Positions 39,888 through 54,284 of a DNA stretch of 64,000 bases are shown in pieces; within the stretch, counting starts at the first letter, position 1; each line of letters starts with the position of its first letter. The position numbers were made by a program, and so were the translations under genes. Origin of the DNA: Eledone cirrhosa (lineage: Eukaryota); assembly GCA_964016885.1 (NCBI GenBank), contig OZ024741.1:83390001-83454000 (forward strand). The letters are read 5' to 3'. The notes under the pieces are model-generated. The model made no database searches. It had not been told where the DNA came from and saw only the letters and a program-made list of their open reading frames with translations.

Positions 39888-42360
39888 GTGGGCTCTATCG
39901 CGACGATGGTCTAATACTTTCCCATACCACTATAGGCCATAACTTAGATAGATTCAGGAAATACTTAATAAACACCTTCGCTAGTAATAATTTTAAAATT
40001 ACCATTGACACTAACCTTTCTAATGTTAATGTTCTAGATATAAACCTAGATCGGCCTGCTGCTTCTTATAAACGGTGCCGTAAACCTAATGAAAATTTCA
40101 AATATATAAATAAAGGCTCTTGCCATCCTTCTATAGTTTTTAAAAATATTATCCCTATATTAGCCGTAAGATCTCCACCCTCTCTTCCTCAGAAGCTATT
40201 TTCAATAAGGCACCCCCCTACTAGAATAAAGCCCTTCAAAATAGCGGATTTAGCGAACCGATTTAGTACATACCCAACAATACTAACTCCTTTAAACATA
40301 ATAATAGGAAAAGAAAAATAATCTGGTTCACACCCCCTACACTTTAGCAGTTAAAACTAATGTAGGCCAAAAATTCCTAGAGCTCATAGATAACCATTTC
40401 CCTAGAACACATAGATACTATAATGTCTTCAATAGAAACTGTGTAAAAATTAGTTACTCATGCGGTCCCCCTATTAAATCTGATATCATCAATAAGAAAT
40501 CACCCAGAGAACATCAAAATTGCTCCTGTAGAGTCAAAAGTGAATGCCTATTACAAGGTAAATGCAACACCAAAGCCATTGTATATGCGGCTAAAGTGAC
40601 AACCATCAGCAACAACCTACCAGTCACCAGCGAACGATATGTGGGTGTGACACAAAACAAATTCAAAACACGTTATTACTCACATGTCGCATCTTTCCTA
40701 CATCCAGAAAAAAGATTTACAAAGGCTCTGGCTAGCAGAATATGGGATGTGAAAGACCAAGGTATCCAATATAAATTAAATTGGTCAATTTTGAACCAAT
40801 CTAAAGAATATGCAAGAGGAACAAGAAGATGCGCACTCTGCATAAGTGAAAAATATTGGATTTTACAGAACTTTAAATCACCCAATACCTGCCTAAATGC
40901 AAAAACAGAAATGTTCCCCAGTTTCCCACACATGAAGTCACACTTGCTTTCCAGCTCATATAAACTTAACTCACTTTCAGATACTTATCCTCCATAACCT
41001 ATTGTTCTTCTCTTTCCTTAACTTACCTTCTTTACAGACTTATCTTTCTGATTTACTTTAATTTTTATTTTTAACTTTATTTTTACTTCACATCCACCAG
41101 TGAGCCCCCCCCCCCGCCTTCTTTTTGATTAACTTACTTTATATCTTAACAATTTTACATATTTTACTTCCCCCTTTTCTTTCACTACCTGATATCAAAT
41201 GTCATTTGCGTTTTCAACTTCAGATATATTCTGTTGTCCCTCAGCCGCTTTTATGTATGTTTACTTGCGTATAATTTGTACTCATTTATTCATACGGCTG
41301 GTTTTTTATATTGTATGTATGCGTGTAAGTGTGCATATGTGTGTATACCTGTTTGTATATGTATACGAATGCATTCTTATGTTCGCGTGTATGTGTATAT
41401 GTGTGTGTGTATGTGTGTTTTTATATCTATGTGTTTTACATACTTATATATATATGTGTGTGTGTGTGTATGTATATATATATATATATGGTCGCATGCG
41501 TGCGTGTAATTAGATGTACATGTATGTATATATATATATATATGTGCTTCGTGTGTATGTATGCGCGCTTCTGTATCTATGTACGCATGTATGTGCTTTT
41601 GTCTGTACGTATTTATATATATATGAGTGTTTATATATATATGTGTGTTACTTTCTCTTTGATTTAATTATTTTATTCTCATATATTTTTTATATTTTCA
41701 TTTTCATATTTTATTTTTTTATATATGCATCGACCTTCAGCCTGACACTGCTTTGACTGACACACCTCCTTCCCTGTATGTGGTTGCGCGTGTTTGTGTG
41801 TTTATACGCGTGCTTTCATATTTTTATGTGTATATATTTCAATCCTTAGTCCCTGAGTCTGAATGTACGCTGACTCTATTATCTTACAATTTCTTTTTTC
41901 AACATATATTATTTACGTATTTGTGGTCACACATACACTGATATGCTTGCCCTTATGCGTGTACTTACGCACACATTTTTTCCCTATACACATGCATTTA
42001 TACATACACACATATGTATATTTGTAGGTGCATATACACACATTTATACACATACCCTTACTATATTTTCTTATTTTATTTTTATATATCACTTGCATTA
42101 CATTTATTTATATTTTTTTTTTGCCCGTTAAACTTTTGCCTTTCTTGAGGAGATTTTGCAAATATTTCACTATGTTTTAAATTGCCTTGTCTGACGAACG
42201 AATGAGGACGTTTCTTGTATTCGTCTTATTCGGGAAACCTCTGGTAATGAGGTAATTATATTGTATTGTTTATTATAAATTAAATTTAGCTCTGTAACTT
42301 ACATACATCACTCTTCACTCCTATGACTTTTTCAATTTTCAACGGAAACTTCAATTCTTA
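39886..42360 (+). mobile_element. Hydra-like PLE family C, 5'-truncated, with complete ~1.3-kb 3' UTR
   Basis: Starts at GLYRDDG directly after (TA)n. GIY-YIG ORF ends at 40997. Terminal HHR at 42182-42255. Confidence 0.88.
42182..42255 (+). ncRNA. Canonical type I hammerhead ribozyme
   Basis: Stem I TTGCCTTGT/ATGAGGTAA; core CTGACGA; stem II CGAATGAGGACG/CGTCTTATTCG; GAAA; stem III ACC-TCT-GGT; GUA cleavage triplet. Confidence 0.85.
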
Positions 42361-42361
42361 T

Positions 42362-43673
42362 ATATCTATCTATCTAAGGCGGGTAAAATTTCCGAGATCC
42401 ATGGACGAGTTCTCTCCAGCGGTCTCTGTCCCTCATTATCGCTGTCATGTCCTGCGTCTCCAACAGACCAGTGTCTGTCCTTAGGGCATCAACATACGGT
42501 AACCTTGGTCTTCCTCTTCCAGTGCTTCCATGTAGGAGCTCCCATAGGAGCACTGTGTGCAATCTCAACTCTGGATGTCGGTGAGCATGTCCATCTAACC
42601 TCAGTCTCATCTGTGTCACTTTTGAGCTGACTTTTGTGATGTTCCCATACAGCTCTGAGATTTTCATCCTCAGTGTATACTGATTAATGTTCAGAGCCAT
42701 CCTCAGCTTATTCGTGTAGCACCTATCCACCATCTGAGTGAGTTTCTTGGTCAGTGTCCAAGTCTCAAACCCGTACAGCAGCACGGACTCCACTACAGCA
42801 ATGAAAAGGCGGGTTTTCAGGTCTTTACGAAGGCCCGACTTCCACACCGATCACAAGCTGTGGCACGCCGTCCAGGTTTTGCTCTTCCTCTCAACCATAT
42901 CATCTTCCGTATTCCCAATCTTTGATCCCAAATGCAGGAAGTATTCAACCAATTCTAACGGCTTCCCGCCTACATAAGAGGTCCCCTCTGGCGTCTCAAC
43001 ATTCTCTACCAGATATTTTGTTTTAGTCTCATTTATTCTCAGCCCCACACTCATCGACACAGTCTCAACCTTCTGCATCAAATCCTCTGCCTCCTTCACT
43101 GTATTTGTCACCAAAACTATGTCGTCAGCAAATTCAGCATCTGATACCTTTTTCGCCTTAACTATCCTGCTCTGGGCCGGTGCTACAGTAAAGCTAGAGT
43201 CCTGCTGTTTTTCCAGTGCAAGGCGCATACAATAGTCGACTACGATGATAAAAATATAGGGAGCCAATGTATCTCCCTGGAGCGCTCCAGCCAGTATATC
43301 AAAGAATTCTGTCATCCCATCAGGTGTTATGACTTGGCCTTTGGTGTTGGTGTAGAGCAGTGATATCAGGTCCACTATCTTCTTGGCGATTCCATAAGCC
43401 TGTAAGATCTTCATCAGGCAGTGACAGTCCACAGAATCAAAGGCCTTCCTAAAGTCAATGAAAACCATGACCGCAGGAAGCGACTTCGCTTTAGCTCCCT
43501 CTAATATCCTCCTCAGCATCAGGATGTGACAGGTGGTTGATCTTCCCTCTCTGAAGCCGTTCTGGTTGTCCCTGGGTTTCTTCTCCATCTCAGGCTGGAT
43601 CCTGTTAAGAATCTTCCTGTTGAGGGTCTTTGCCACAAGTGACGTCAGTGAGATCCCCCTGTAGTTGTTGGTG
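42362..43673 (-). mobile_element. RTE-clade LINE, 5'-truncated, RT region with one frameshift
   Basis: NYRGISL; QNGFREGRST; FIDFRKAFDSV; GALQGDTLAP; FADD; ESVLLYGFETW; GRGRPR..DRDRWR; (GATA)n tail. Confidence 0.9.
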
Positions 43674-44278
43674 TTATATATATATATATATATATATATA
43701 CAAAAAGTTATGAAACGAAAGGAGCTGTGTGGTTACTAAAAACAAGGTTTAGTAGGGTGGTTAGGACGGAACAGGAGGAGAAAGGAAGAAAAGAGTTTCC
43801 ATCGTCAGCTGTGAATGTATCCCGAACCGATGTTTAGGCGCTGAATCACAGGACATCTCTGTAGTTAGGGTGCGCCCTATTTATTAATCAAAAGGCCAGG
43901 CGGAATAGGAGAGAGAAAGAGAGAAAAAAAGGAGAGAGAAAAAAGGAGAGAGAAAAGGAAAGAGAGGGAATAGAGGAAGAACTGGAGAGGGAGATGAGGA
44001 GAGAAGAAGAAGGGGAAAAATAGGAAAGGAATAGAAGAAAAAAAGTGTGCAGAACCCATCGTGGGAAGACACAGGTGAAAGAAACATGCAAAAAAGTAAC
44101 CGTGGAAAAATAGGGAAAGTAAGTTGTGGCCAACCTGGGAGACTTTAGCCTGGTGGTCAGCTACGACTCAGAGATGGTATGATCGTGCTGCCTCTCACAC
44201 ACACACATATATATATACCCCTCCACTCTCGAGAGCGTGAATCTAATAAACCTTTATTTGTCTGCCTCTCTAAATTTG

Positions 44279-44347
<69 letters not shown>

Positions 44348-44815
44348 TAGAAGTGGTATTTAATTTGTTGGAATCCGACAAATTAACGTTATATTCATCT
44401 TCTCTTGTCTATCTCTTCTCTCTATCTCTCTCGTAATTTTTTCTATCTTTATTTTTTCTCTCTCTTTTTCTCCAGTGTCATTTAAATAAACGGTTGTTTT
44501 TTCAATTATTTACATACTCATTTGCATTCTTTCATCTGATACAACACAATAAACACTCAAGTGTTTAAAAGAAACAAAAATAATTAATTTACACATTTAC
44601 ACATAAGTTTGAATATTCCCTAATATATTTCCACTATCCAGTGAATTTCCAACCGAAAAGGTATGATTTTCATGGGTATGTCTCTATTTATGAAACAAAC
44701 TTTGTATTTTATCTGATTAAAGCGTACCAATGTTGCCTTGGTTACCCTTGAAATATATATAATAAAATAAATATGGTTTTATAAATATACTTTCCATTTA
44801 TTTAATATCATTGTG

Positions 44816-44895
<80 letters not shown>

Positions 44896-45047
44896 TGTAT
44901 GTGTATATATATATATATATATATTTGGATATGTGTGTGTGTGTGTGTATTTGTGTATTTATTTAAATGTTTATATATGTATATATATATATATATTAAG
45001 TGTATGTATGCATGTATGTATGTGCGTATGCACGTGCATATATATAC

Positions 45048-45078
<31 letters not shown>

Positions 45079-45079
45079 G

Positions 45080-45128
<49 letters not shown>

Positions 45129-45864
45129 TTTTGCGAGGTTTTTTATATGAAATCGTGTGTCGAAACAAATATTGTTATACTTGGGGAGGGTCATATTTGT
45201 GTAATATTGCCAGAATTAATAACAACACACTCACTGTTTGGTTGGTTTTCGCTGTTCGCTTCTGTGTCTTTTATATCGGTAATCTAATTTACTCGGTCCT
45301 CAATGTTGCCATTGACTGACCGACGGTCAAAAATAATACAGATACAATATAGACACAAACACATATATATAGTTCATCAAAGTTCTTTCGTTGCACATAT
45401 GCAACATCGTCAGTGGTGCTATTGTTTCCTCCCGTTACATTGTATAACTACGCCATTTTTATTTAGTCTGTCTATATATTTATTTATTTATTTGTTTATT
45501 TTATTTTGTCTTCTTTGCGCATGCGTTTGCGTGTGTGTATAGTGTTTTTTTATGTGTGTTCGTGATTGGGTGATTGTGTGTGTTTATATGTGTTTGTTGT
45601 TATTGTGCTTGTGTATGTATTTATTTATTTATTTATCTATTTATTTATTTATTTATTTATACTTCTCTTAGGTCAGTGTTGTTTGTTTGCGTGTTGTTTT
45701 TACTCCATTCATTCTTTCTGTTTAGTCTTGGCCATCTAAGTTCTATTTCACTGGCCTCTCCGATTTGCCTATCTGCTGGGTCATTTCTATGTTTAGATAT
45801 TATTCTAATTTCTATGTTGTCTATGTCACCGTCGTGTTGTTGACTGGCAACATAGAAATGACTC

Positions 45865-45985
45865 ACGAATGAAACAGTTCTAGTTCTGTAGAAGCTCTTC
45901 TATATTAAAACTGTTATACTCTGCTATGTATTGAGTACCTTACTTACTGTGGTTACCTCCGATTCAACCCGGAATAACCCGGAAT
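45865..45985 (+). repeat. PLE-type 3' terminus (second terminal family)
   Basis: GAATGAAACAG..CTGTA-GAAGC...GTATTGAGTACC...CCCGGAATA. Reverse-complement copies at 18665-18780, 34140-34255 and partially at 52608-52647. Confidence 0.7.
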
Positions 45986-46089
45986 ATATATATATAGATT
46001 TTGAGTATATGTTGGTTGTATACCAACACCTCAGAATGCAGGCTGGAGCACTCGACGAAGTGCGCAGGTTGGTTTGGTTACTCCGGAGT

Positions 46090-46362
46090 AATGTAAAATA
46101 AAGTTAAATAAAAAGTCAAATGTTTAAAATATAGCTTCGTTTATTACTGCTATATATATTTCAGTGACAGCCATCTTTGGCTGTGACCTCTTCAGGCAGT
46201 CCGAATATATACTCAACAACATATGTACTTGTCTATACCACACTAATTCGGACTGCCTGAAGCGGTCAAAGCCAAAGATGGCTGTCACTGAAATATATAT
46301 AGCAGTAATAAACGAAGCTAAATTTTAAACATTTGATTTTTTATTTAACTTTATTTTATATA
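46090..46362. repeat. Fold-back of PLE 3' ends with hammerheads
   Basis: 46090-46206 is the reverse complement of 46246-46362. Confidence 0.9.
46146..46200 (-). ncRNA. Canonical minimal type I hammerhead
   Basis: ACTGC-CTGAAGA-GGTCACAGCCA-AAGA-TGGCTGTCACT-GAAA-TATATA-TA-GCAGT. The plus copy at 46252-46306 has A9C. Confidence 0.82.
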
Positions 46363-46404
46363 TATATATATATATTAAAATATATTAAAATATATTAAAA
46401 TATA

Positions 46405-46483
<79 letters not shown>

Positions 46484-46611
46484 GTGCGTGTGTGTGTGTG
46501 TGTGTGTGATTATCTGTGTGTGTGTTTGGGTGAGAGGGGTATTTAGTGTAATTACGTAGCCAGGAAAATGGGAAAAATTAAAAATTCAAAAACTTACATT
46601 ATATATGACGA

Positions 46612-46725
46612 CTGAGTTCAAATCCCGCCGAGGTCAACTTTTCTTTTCATCCTTACGAGGTCGATAAAATAAAGTACCTGTAATGTACTGGTTAATTGCT
46701 GGCCTTGTCCCAAAAGTAGAAACAA
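46612..46725 (+). mobile_element. SINE family 1, 5'-truncated
   Basis: B-box, core and GGCCTTGT..AGTAGAAACAA tail. Confidence 0.8.
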
Positions 46726-46895
46726 GTATATATGACGGGACAAATTTTTCATAGTTTGGTTGATTAACATATTAATTATCGAAGAAACACATAGGCATGA
46801 GTGCACATGCATATATCTCTCTGTATCGCTCTCACTGGTTTCTCTATCCTTAAGTCAGCGAAAACATTAATAACATATACTATATATATATAGTA

Positions 46896-47307
46896 TGTAG
46901 AAAGTTTGTTCTTCAAACTGGATCAAAATGTCACCCATTTCCAAAGGCAATGTTTTGGGACAAGTGCAGTGTTATTTATACATTAAAAAGTGTTAATATT
47001 AGTACGTAAAGTAACTCACCGTTTTGCGTACGGAAAAGTAAAAGGGTTTTTTTTACCAAATTATAAACAAATATTACAAAGCAAAAATGTAATATAATAT
47101 ATGTTTGGAAGAGAAAACATAAAAAGGAATATCGGGATAGACCGACAAATACCCTGCAGTTTTATAATATACATGCTGAATAAAGGGTTCAATTCTCTTG
47201 TTTCATGTTGTATACACACACGCGCTCACACACACATACAGACATACACACACATATGTATATAAATATATATGTGTGTATATATATATATATATACATA
47301 CATATAT

Positions 47308-47359
<52 letters not shown>

Positions 47360-47394
47360 TTATATATATGTATATATATATATATCTATATATC

Positions 47395-47463
<69 letters not shown>

Positions 47464-47922
47464 ATATGTATGTATATATATATATATACACACAGACACA
47501 TTTATATATATATATGTGTGTGTGTGTGTATATATATGTATGTATATATATACACCCACACATATATTTATATACAGATGTGTGTGTATGTGTGTATGTG
47601 TGTGTGTGTATGCGCGCGCCTCTGCGTGTATACAACATGAAACAAGAGAATTGAACCATTTATTCAGCATGTATATTATAATAACTGCAGGGTATTTGTC
47701 GGTCTAACCCATATTCCTTTATATGTTTTCTCTTCCAAACATATATTAAATTACATATTTGCTTTGTAATATTTGTTTATAATTTGGTAAAAAAAAACTT
47801 ATGTTACTTTACGTACAAGTATTAAAACTTTTTACTGTATAAATAACACTGCATTTGTCCCAAAACATTGCCTTTGGAAATGGGTGACATTTTGATCCTG
47901 TTTGAACAACAAACATTCTACA
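46896..47922. repeat. Fold-back/MITE-like element: ~320-bp inverted arms around a TA/CA microsatellite core
   Basis: 46896-47220 is the reverse complement of 47625-47922. Confidence 0.85.
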
Positions 47923-48410
47923 TTGCCTCATTCTCGGGATTCCCACGGCATTTCTCTTCTCATGAAATCCAGCTGTAGGCGATATTACAACCTAACTAAT
48001 TAATGCTAATTTCGTAAAACCGAAAAGAACTTTGACTGAGATAAAACAAATACTATTAGTATTCAATTGATAAACTTCTCTCGTATATGTCAGCAGATCG
48101 ACCACAATTCCCTTCCAGAAGAAATAGAACGAAATCGATTTTTTCAATGCGTGCGTATAGGAATATATGACGATATTTACAATGTTTGTACATAGTCATG
48201 GGAGTTAACGAATTTATTCCCTAAGATTGGTGCATACTCACGAGGACCATTATATTATTAGACATGCGGATTAGCATATCATTAGCGTTCTATTAGCATA
48301 AACGAATTGTCTTGTTTAACAGACACAAAGACATTTCAATATTCTAGATATGTTTATCTTACATTTTATATGGATTTTTCTTCTTTTTGTCTGATAATAA
48401 TAATAATAAT

Positions 48411-49190
48411 AATATGAGTGAAATTAAAAGAATCGACACCAAAAAAGCTACAGAAGGAATGCTAATGGCTGCAGAAGAGCAGGCACTCAACACCAAGTGG
48501 GTGAAACACCATATTGACATGGAGGAGGCTAGCTCACTCTGTAGAATCTGTGTAGAGAGAGAGGAGACTGTGACTCACATCGTATCCGAGTGTAAACACC
48601 TAACCCAGACTCACTATAAAGGCTGGAGACGTGATATGATAGGAAAGGTGATTCACTAGTATTTATGCAAACTAAACAATTTACCGGATTCTGAGAAGTG
48701 GTATGAGCATAAGCCAGAGCCAGTGATAGAAAACGATTATGTGAAGGTGCTATGGGATTTCAGGATACAGACGGTCAAGAAATTAGAACGCAATAGGCCT
48801 GATCAGGTGGGTTTTGACACGGAATCAAGATCGTGCTTGATTGTAGATGTAGCCTGCCCCTTTGACACGAGAGTGCAAGAAAAGGAGAGAGAGAAAATTA
48901 ACCGATACCAGGATTTAAAGTGGGAGGTAAAAAGGATTTGGGACTGTCATGAGTTCAGGGTCGTCCCGATCGTCATAGGTGCACTAGGTACTATCTCATA
49001 GAGTTCCCAAGGATGGTTAAAGAAGATTAGTCCAGCTTCGTTTTTTTTACACTTCAAATGTCATGCTTTCTGGGATCAGCAACAACACTCTGATACGTCA
49101 TGAATGTCTGAGGCTGCAGGTAGCGGCTTGGTATTCATTTCAACAAACTTTCCAGTTAAATAACATCAATGACTGAGACTCAAAGAACAA
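48411..49190 (+). mobile_element. R4/Dong-clade non-LTR retrotransposon, 3' fragment in (TAA)n
   Basis: TEGMLMAAEEQALNT; CRIC..EETVTHIVSEC (CCHC); RPD..IVDVACP..EKINRYQDL (restriction-like endonuclease); (TAA)n on both sides. Confidence 0.88.
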
Positions 49191-49206
49191 TAATAATAAT
49201 AATAAT

Positions 49207-50635
49207 TTAGGAGTTAATGAGGGATCCCGCATTCAGCATGCAAGTATGAAAGAGAGGATAAGGAAAGAATGTTATAGGGGAATATGTGCAGTTCTGAAAT
49301 CAGAACTAAATGCTCATAACAAAGTGTTAGCCATAAATTCCTTGGCAGTTCCAGTTATATCTTCACATATAGCTTCTGTGTGTTGAACTGGAATATGAGT
49401 GAAATTAAAGGATCAACACCAAAATCCGTACATTACTGACTTGTAATAGGATGCACCGCCCGAAGGCAGACGTGGATCGTCTTTACCGTCCTGGAACCCA
49501 AGGAGGCCGTGGCCTGATCCAATTTGAACTTACCAACAAGACCACCACTATTGGACTGGCACAATTCCTTGAAATATACGGCCGCATGCTGAAACGCGTT
49601 GAAAAACATGAGAGAAGTACGAAGCTTCATTCTATCTTAAAGGAGAACATAAAATGTGCTACTGATCTCATGCTTGATACCGAAGTTGACCAGATGAAGT
49701 TGGACTGATGTTGCTAAGCATATACAATTAATGGCAAAAGCAAAAGGTCAAGGACAACTAGCATAAAAATGGAAGCAGAAACCTCTGCATGTTAAATATG
49801 TGGACCGTAGCAAACAAACTGATGTTGACCAGAAGCACACTCATCAGTTGCTATGTAGCTCAGGGCTGAAAACAGAGAGTGAAGGCTTCATCTTAGTTAA
49901 TCAAGAACAAAGCTTACAGACACAGAATTACCCGGTCATTGTGACGAGAAATAGAATAAATCCAAAGTGCCGATTCTGTAATGCTGAGCTTGAAACTGTG
50001 GATTATCTAGTTTCTGGATGTAAAGGTTTAGCCCCAGTAGAGTACAACTATATATATGACAGAGTTGGCCAATATCTACACTGGGTAATATGTCGGCATT
50101 ATGAAATAAAAGCTACTAACAAGTGATAAAATAATCACATTGAGACTAATACTGAAGGAGAAAAAGAAACAATTCTTAGGGACATTCCTGTACATACTGA
50201 CAGGACCATAAAAGCTAATAGACCAGATATTATTGTAGACCAACATAACAAGGTCTGTTTATTGATTGATATGAGCATCCTATGTGATCACGATATCACG
50301 GCAATAGAGTTTATAAGAAAATATAAAGATCTCCGTATTGAAATCGAAAAAAATGTGGCAGCTCAAGGGCGTTACAATACCAGTGATTGTAGGATCACTG
50401 GAGATGGTGATGAAAAGAACAGAATAGTATTTGAGAATGGTCCCTGGTTTATATTTTCGGAAAGATGTGCAAACAATTGTTTTCACTATCTCTCTGAAAA
50501 TCATAATCAATTTGGCATGTTAACTGGTTTACGAATGTATACAGTGAGATTATTTGCCCTAATTGTCAAGAAGACTCTCGGCATATAATGAAAGTAATAC
50601 TGAATTAAATGGAAAACAAGGATAATAATAATAGT
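49207..50635 (+). mobile_element. Second R4/Dong-clade fragment (RT thumb, CCHC, RLE), disrupted
   Basis: SELNAHNKVLAINSLAVP; HRPKADVDRLY..GGRGL; ESEGFI..QEQSL; CRFC..ETVDYLVSGC; NRPDII..LIDMS..KYKDL; ends in AAT repeats. Confidence 0.88.
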
Positions 50636-50756
50636 AATATAACATAAAAGAATACGGTTAAAATCGAACGTAACATAACAGGGTATGATTACAAAGTTGA
50701 CAAGAAGATAAACCACCTATTTTATGTGGATAATTTAAAGCTATATGGCAAAGACA

Positions 50757-50930
50757 AGTGCATTGGTGAAGTCATTAGAATTGGTAGTTTCATTAGAAGG
50801 TAGGATAGAATGCTTTGCGGTATTCGTTTCCGCTATCTGTTCTCTGAGTTCAAATCCTACCGAAGTCCACTTTGCCTTTCATCCATTCGACGTCGATAAA
50901 AAAGTACTAGTCTAGATCTGGGTCGATTCT
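50757..50930 (+). mobile_element. Degenerate SINE (family 1 relative)
   Basis: GAGTTCAAATCC..TTTGCCTTTCATCC..GTCGATAAA. Confidence 0.7.
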
Positions 50931-51241
50931 TTTTCTATACCTCTTTTTAATTCCCATTCTCTCACTATCTATCCTTCTCTCGAAGAAATCTGGTGTATTT
51001 AGACCTGGAGAGGGGATGGGCTCTACCAGGTTTTAAAAAATACCCGAGAAACGCCCTATGTAAGTACAACGCCCCGACGGCTCCAACAGGAGTTACAGGA
51101 CCAGGCATGTATATATTTATATATACAGTATATATATATATATGAGTGAGTGTGTGTGTGTGAGTACCAAATAAAGTCATAGTTTAATGTTTCTGAAGTA
51201 AACGGTCAATTGAACAGGAATAAATAGGAATAAATAATAAT

Positions 51242-51418
51242 TGTTTCTACTATTGGCACAAGGCCAGCAATTATCCAGTGCATTACTGGTACTTTATTTT
51301 ATCGACCCCGTAAGGATGAAAGGCAAAGCCAACCTTGGCGGGAGGATTTGAACTAAGATCGTAAAGGGACGTAACTATGCTGGAAAGCATGGCGTCCGAC
51401 CCTCTACCGATACTGCCA
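51242..51418 (-). mobile_element. SINE family 1 with TSD
   Basis: Reverse-complement SINE. TSD GGAATAAATAATAAT on both sides. Confidence 0.88.
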
Positions 51419-51612
51419 GGAATAAATAATAATGGAACCAGGCATAAATAGGAATAAATAATAGGGGAACCAGTACCATGCTAATCGATACATTGATCAT
51501 CCAGGATCAATCGAACCTTTGAAAAAATCGTAATACAATGAACCTATTAACTACCTAACCCTGACTTCTGTTTGGTTTTCATTGTTCTATACACACACAA
51601 ACACACTTATAC

Positions 51613-51655
<43 letters not shown>

Positions 51656-51998
51656 AATATATATATATATATATACGTGTATGTAGTCTGTCAGATTCAA
51701 CAGGTATTATATTGTGTGTAATTCTAAATAAAGAAAAAATAAAGCACTCACTCATATATACACACATTCATGCATACTCTCATACATACACACATACATT
51801 TTTAGACTTATCTATAGTACGATAATACCCAAATCAAAGATGATCATCGCAAACAATATTGTCACTGCGGACATAACCGTAACAGCAATATATATATATA
51901 TTTGTGTGTGTGTGGGGGATCGTGTTTATTTATATATATACACACACAAACGCACATACATACTCACACACACACACGCACGTTCACACACACACACG

Positions 51999-52043
<45 letters not shown>

Positions 52044-52495
52044 TTGGCTCAAATTACTTCTCGTCCCTTACACTAAGTTATAAAAACTGAGGGAGAGTGA
52101 AAATTAGGCGTATATTTATTGGTGAAATGTTCGTTGACTACGTATATTTTGTAACGCATCACCAATGTCCAATTTACCGTGAATTAGTGACAAATAATGT
52201 CTTATTGTCTATAGTGACTCAAATCAAACGTGAGGTTTTTGTTTCCCCACCGTAAAATAATTGGAAATGCGAGAGGAATTTCTTTCAGATAATTAGTCGT
52301 CTTTCTCTATAGCTGTTTCTCATTTATGCTCAAGGTCAGTGATGGTTGGGTGGGAGTTCAAATCACTTAGTTTAAAAATGAGTCCCAGTGATTCCACTAA
52401 TCTCCTTTCAATTCAATTTCATAAAATACGACTTTGAATGACTGAATGTATATATGTATATACGATGATATATGTATATACGATGATTTACACAC

Positions 52496-52605
<110 letters not shown>

Positions 52606-52666
52606 ATATAGAAATGGCTTCTACAGGACTTCAACTGTTTTATTCGAGAGAAATCATCGTATATAC

Positions 52667-52749
<83 letters not shown>

Positions 52750-52779
52750 AAAATGTGTGTAATCCTTGGTACAGTTAGG

Positions 52780-54276
<1,497 letters not shown>

Positions 54277-54284
54277 AATATATA

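Noticed and set aside
45255-45900. Possible giant (~550-nt) stem II hammerhead: 45300-45345 loosely pairs with 45810-45855 upstream of GAAACAG..CTGTA
   Set aside because: No recognisable CTGANGA/TTGANAA core next to the putative stem I strand, and the pairing is weak.
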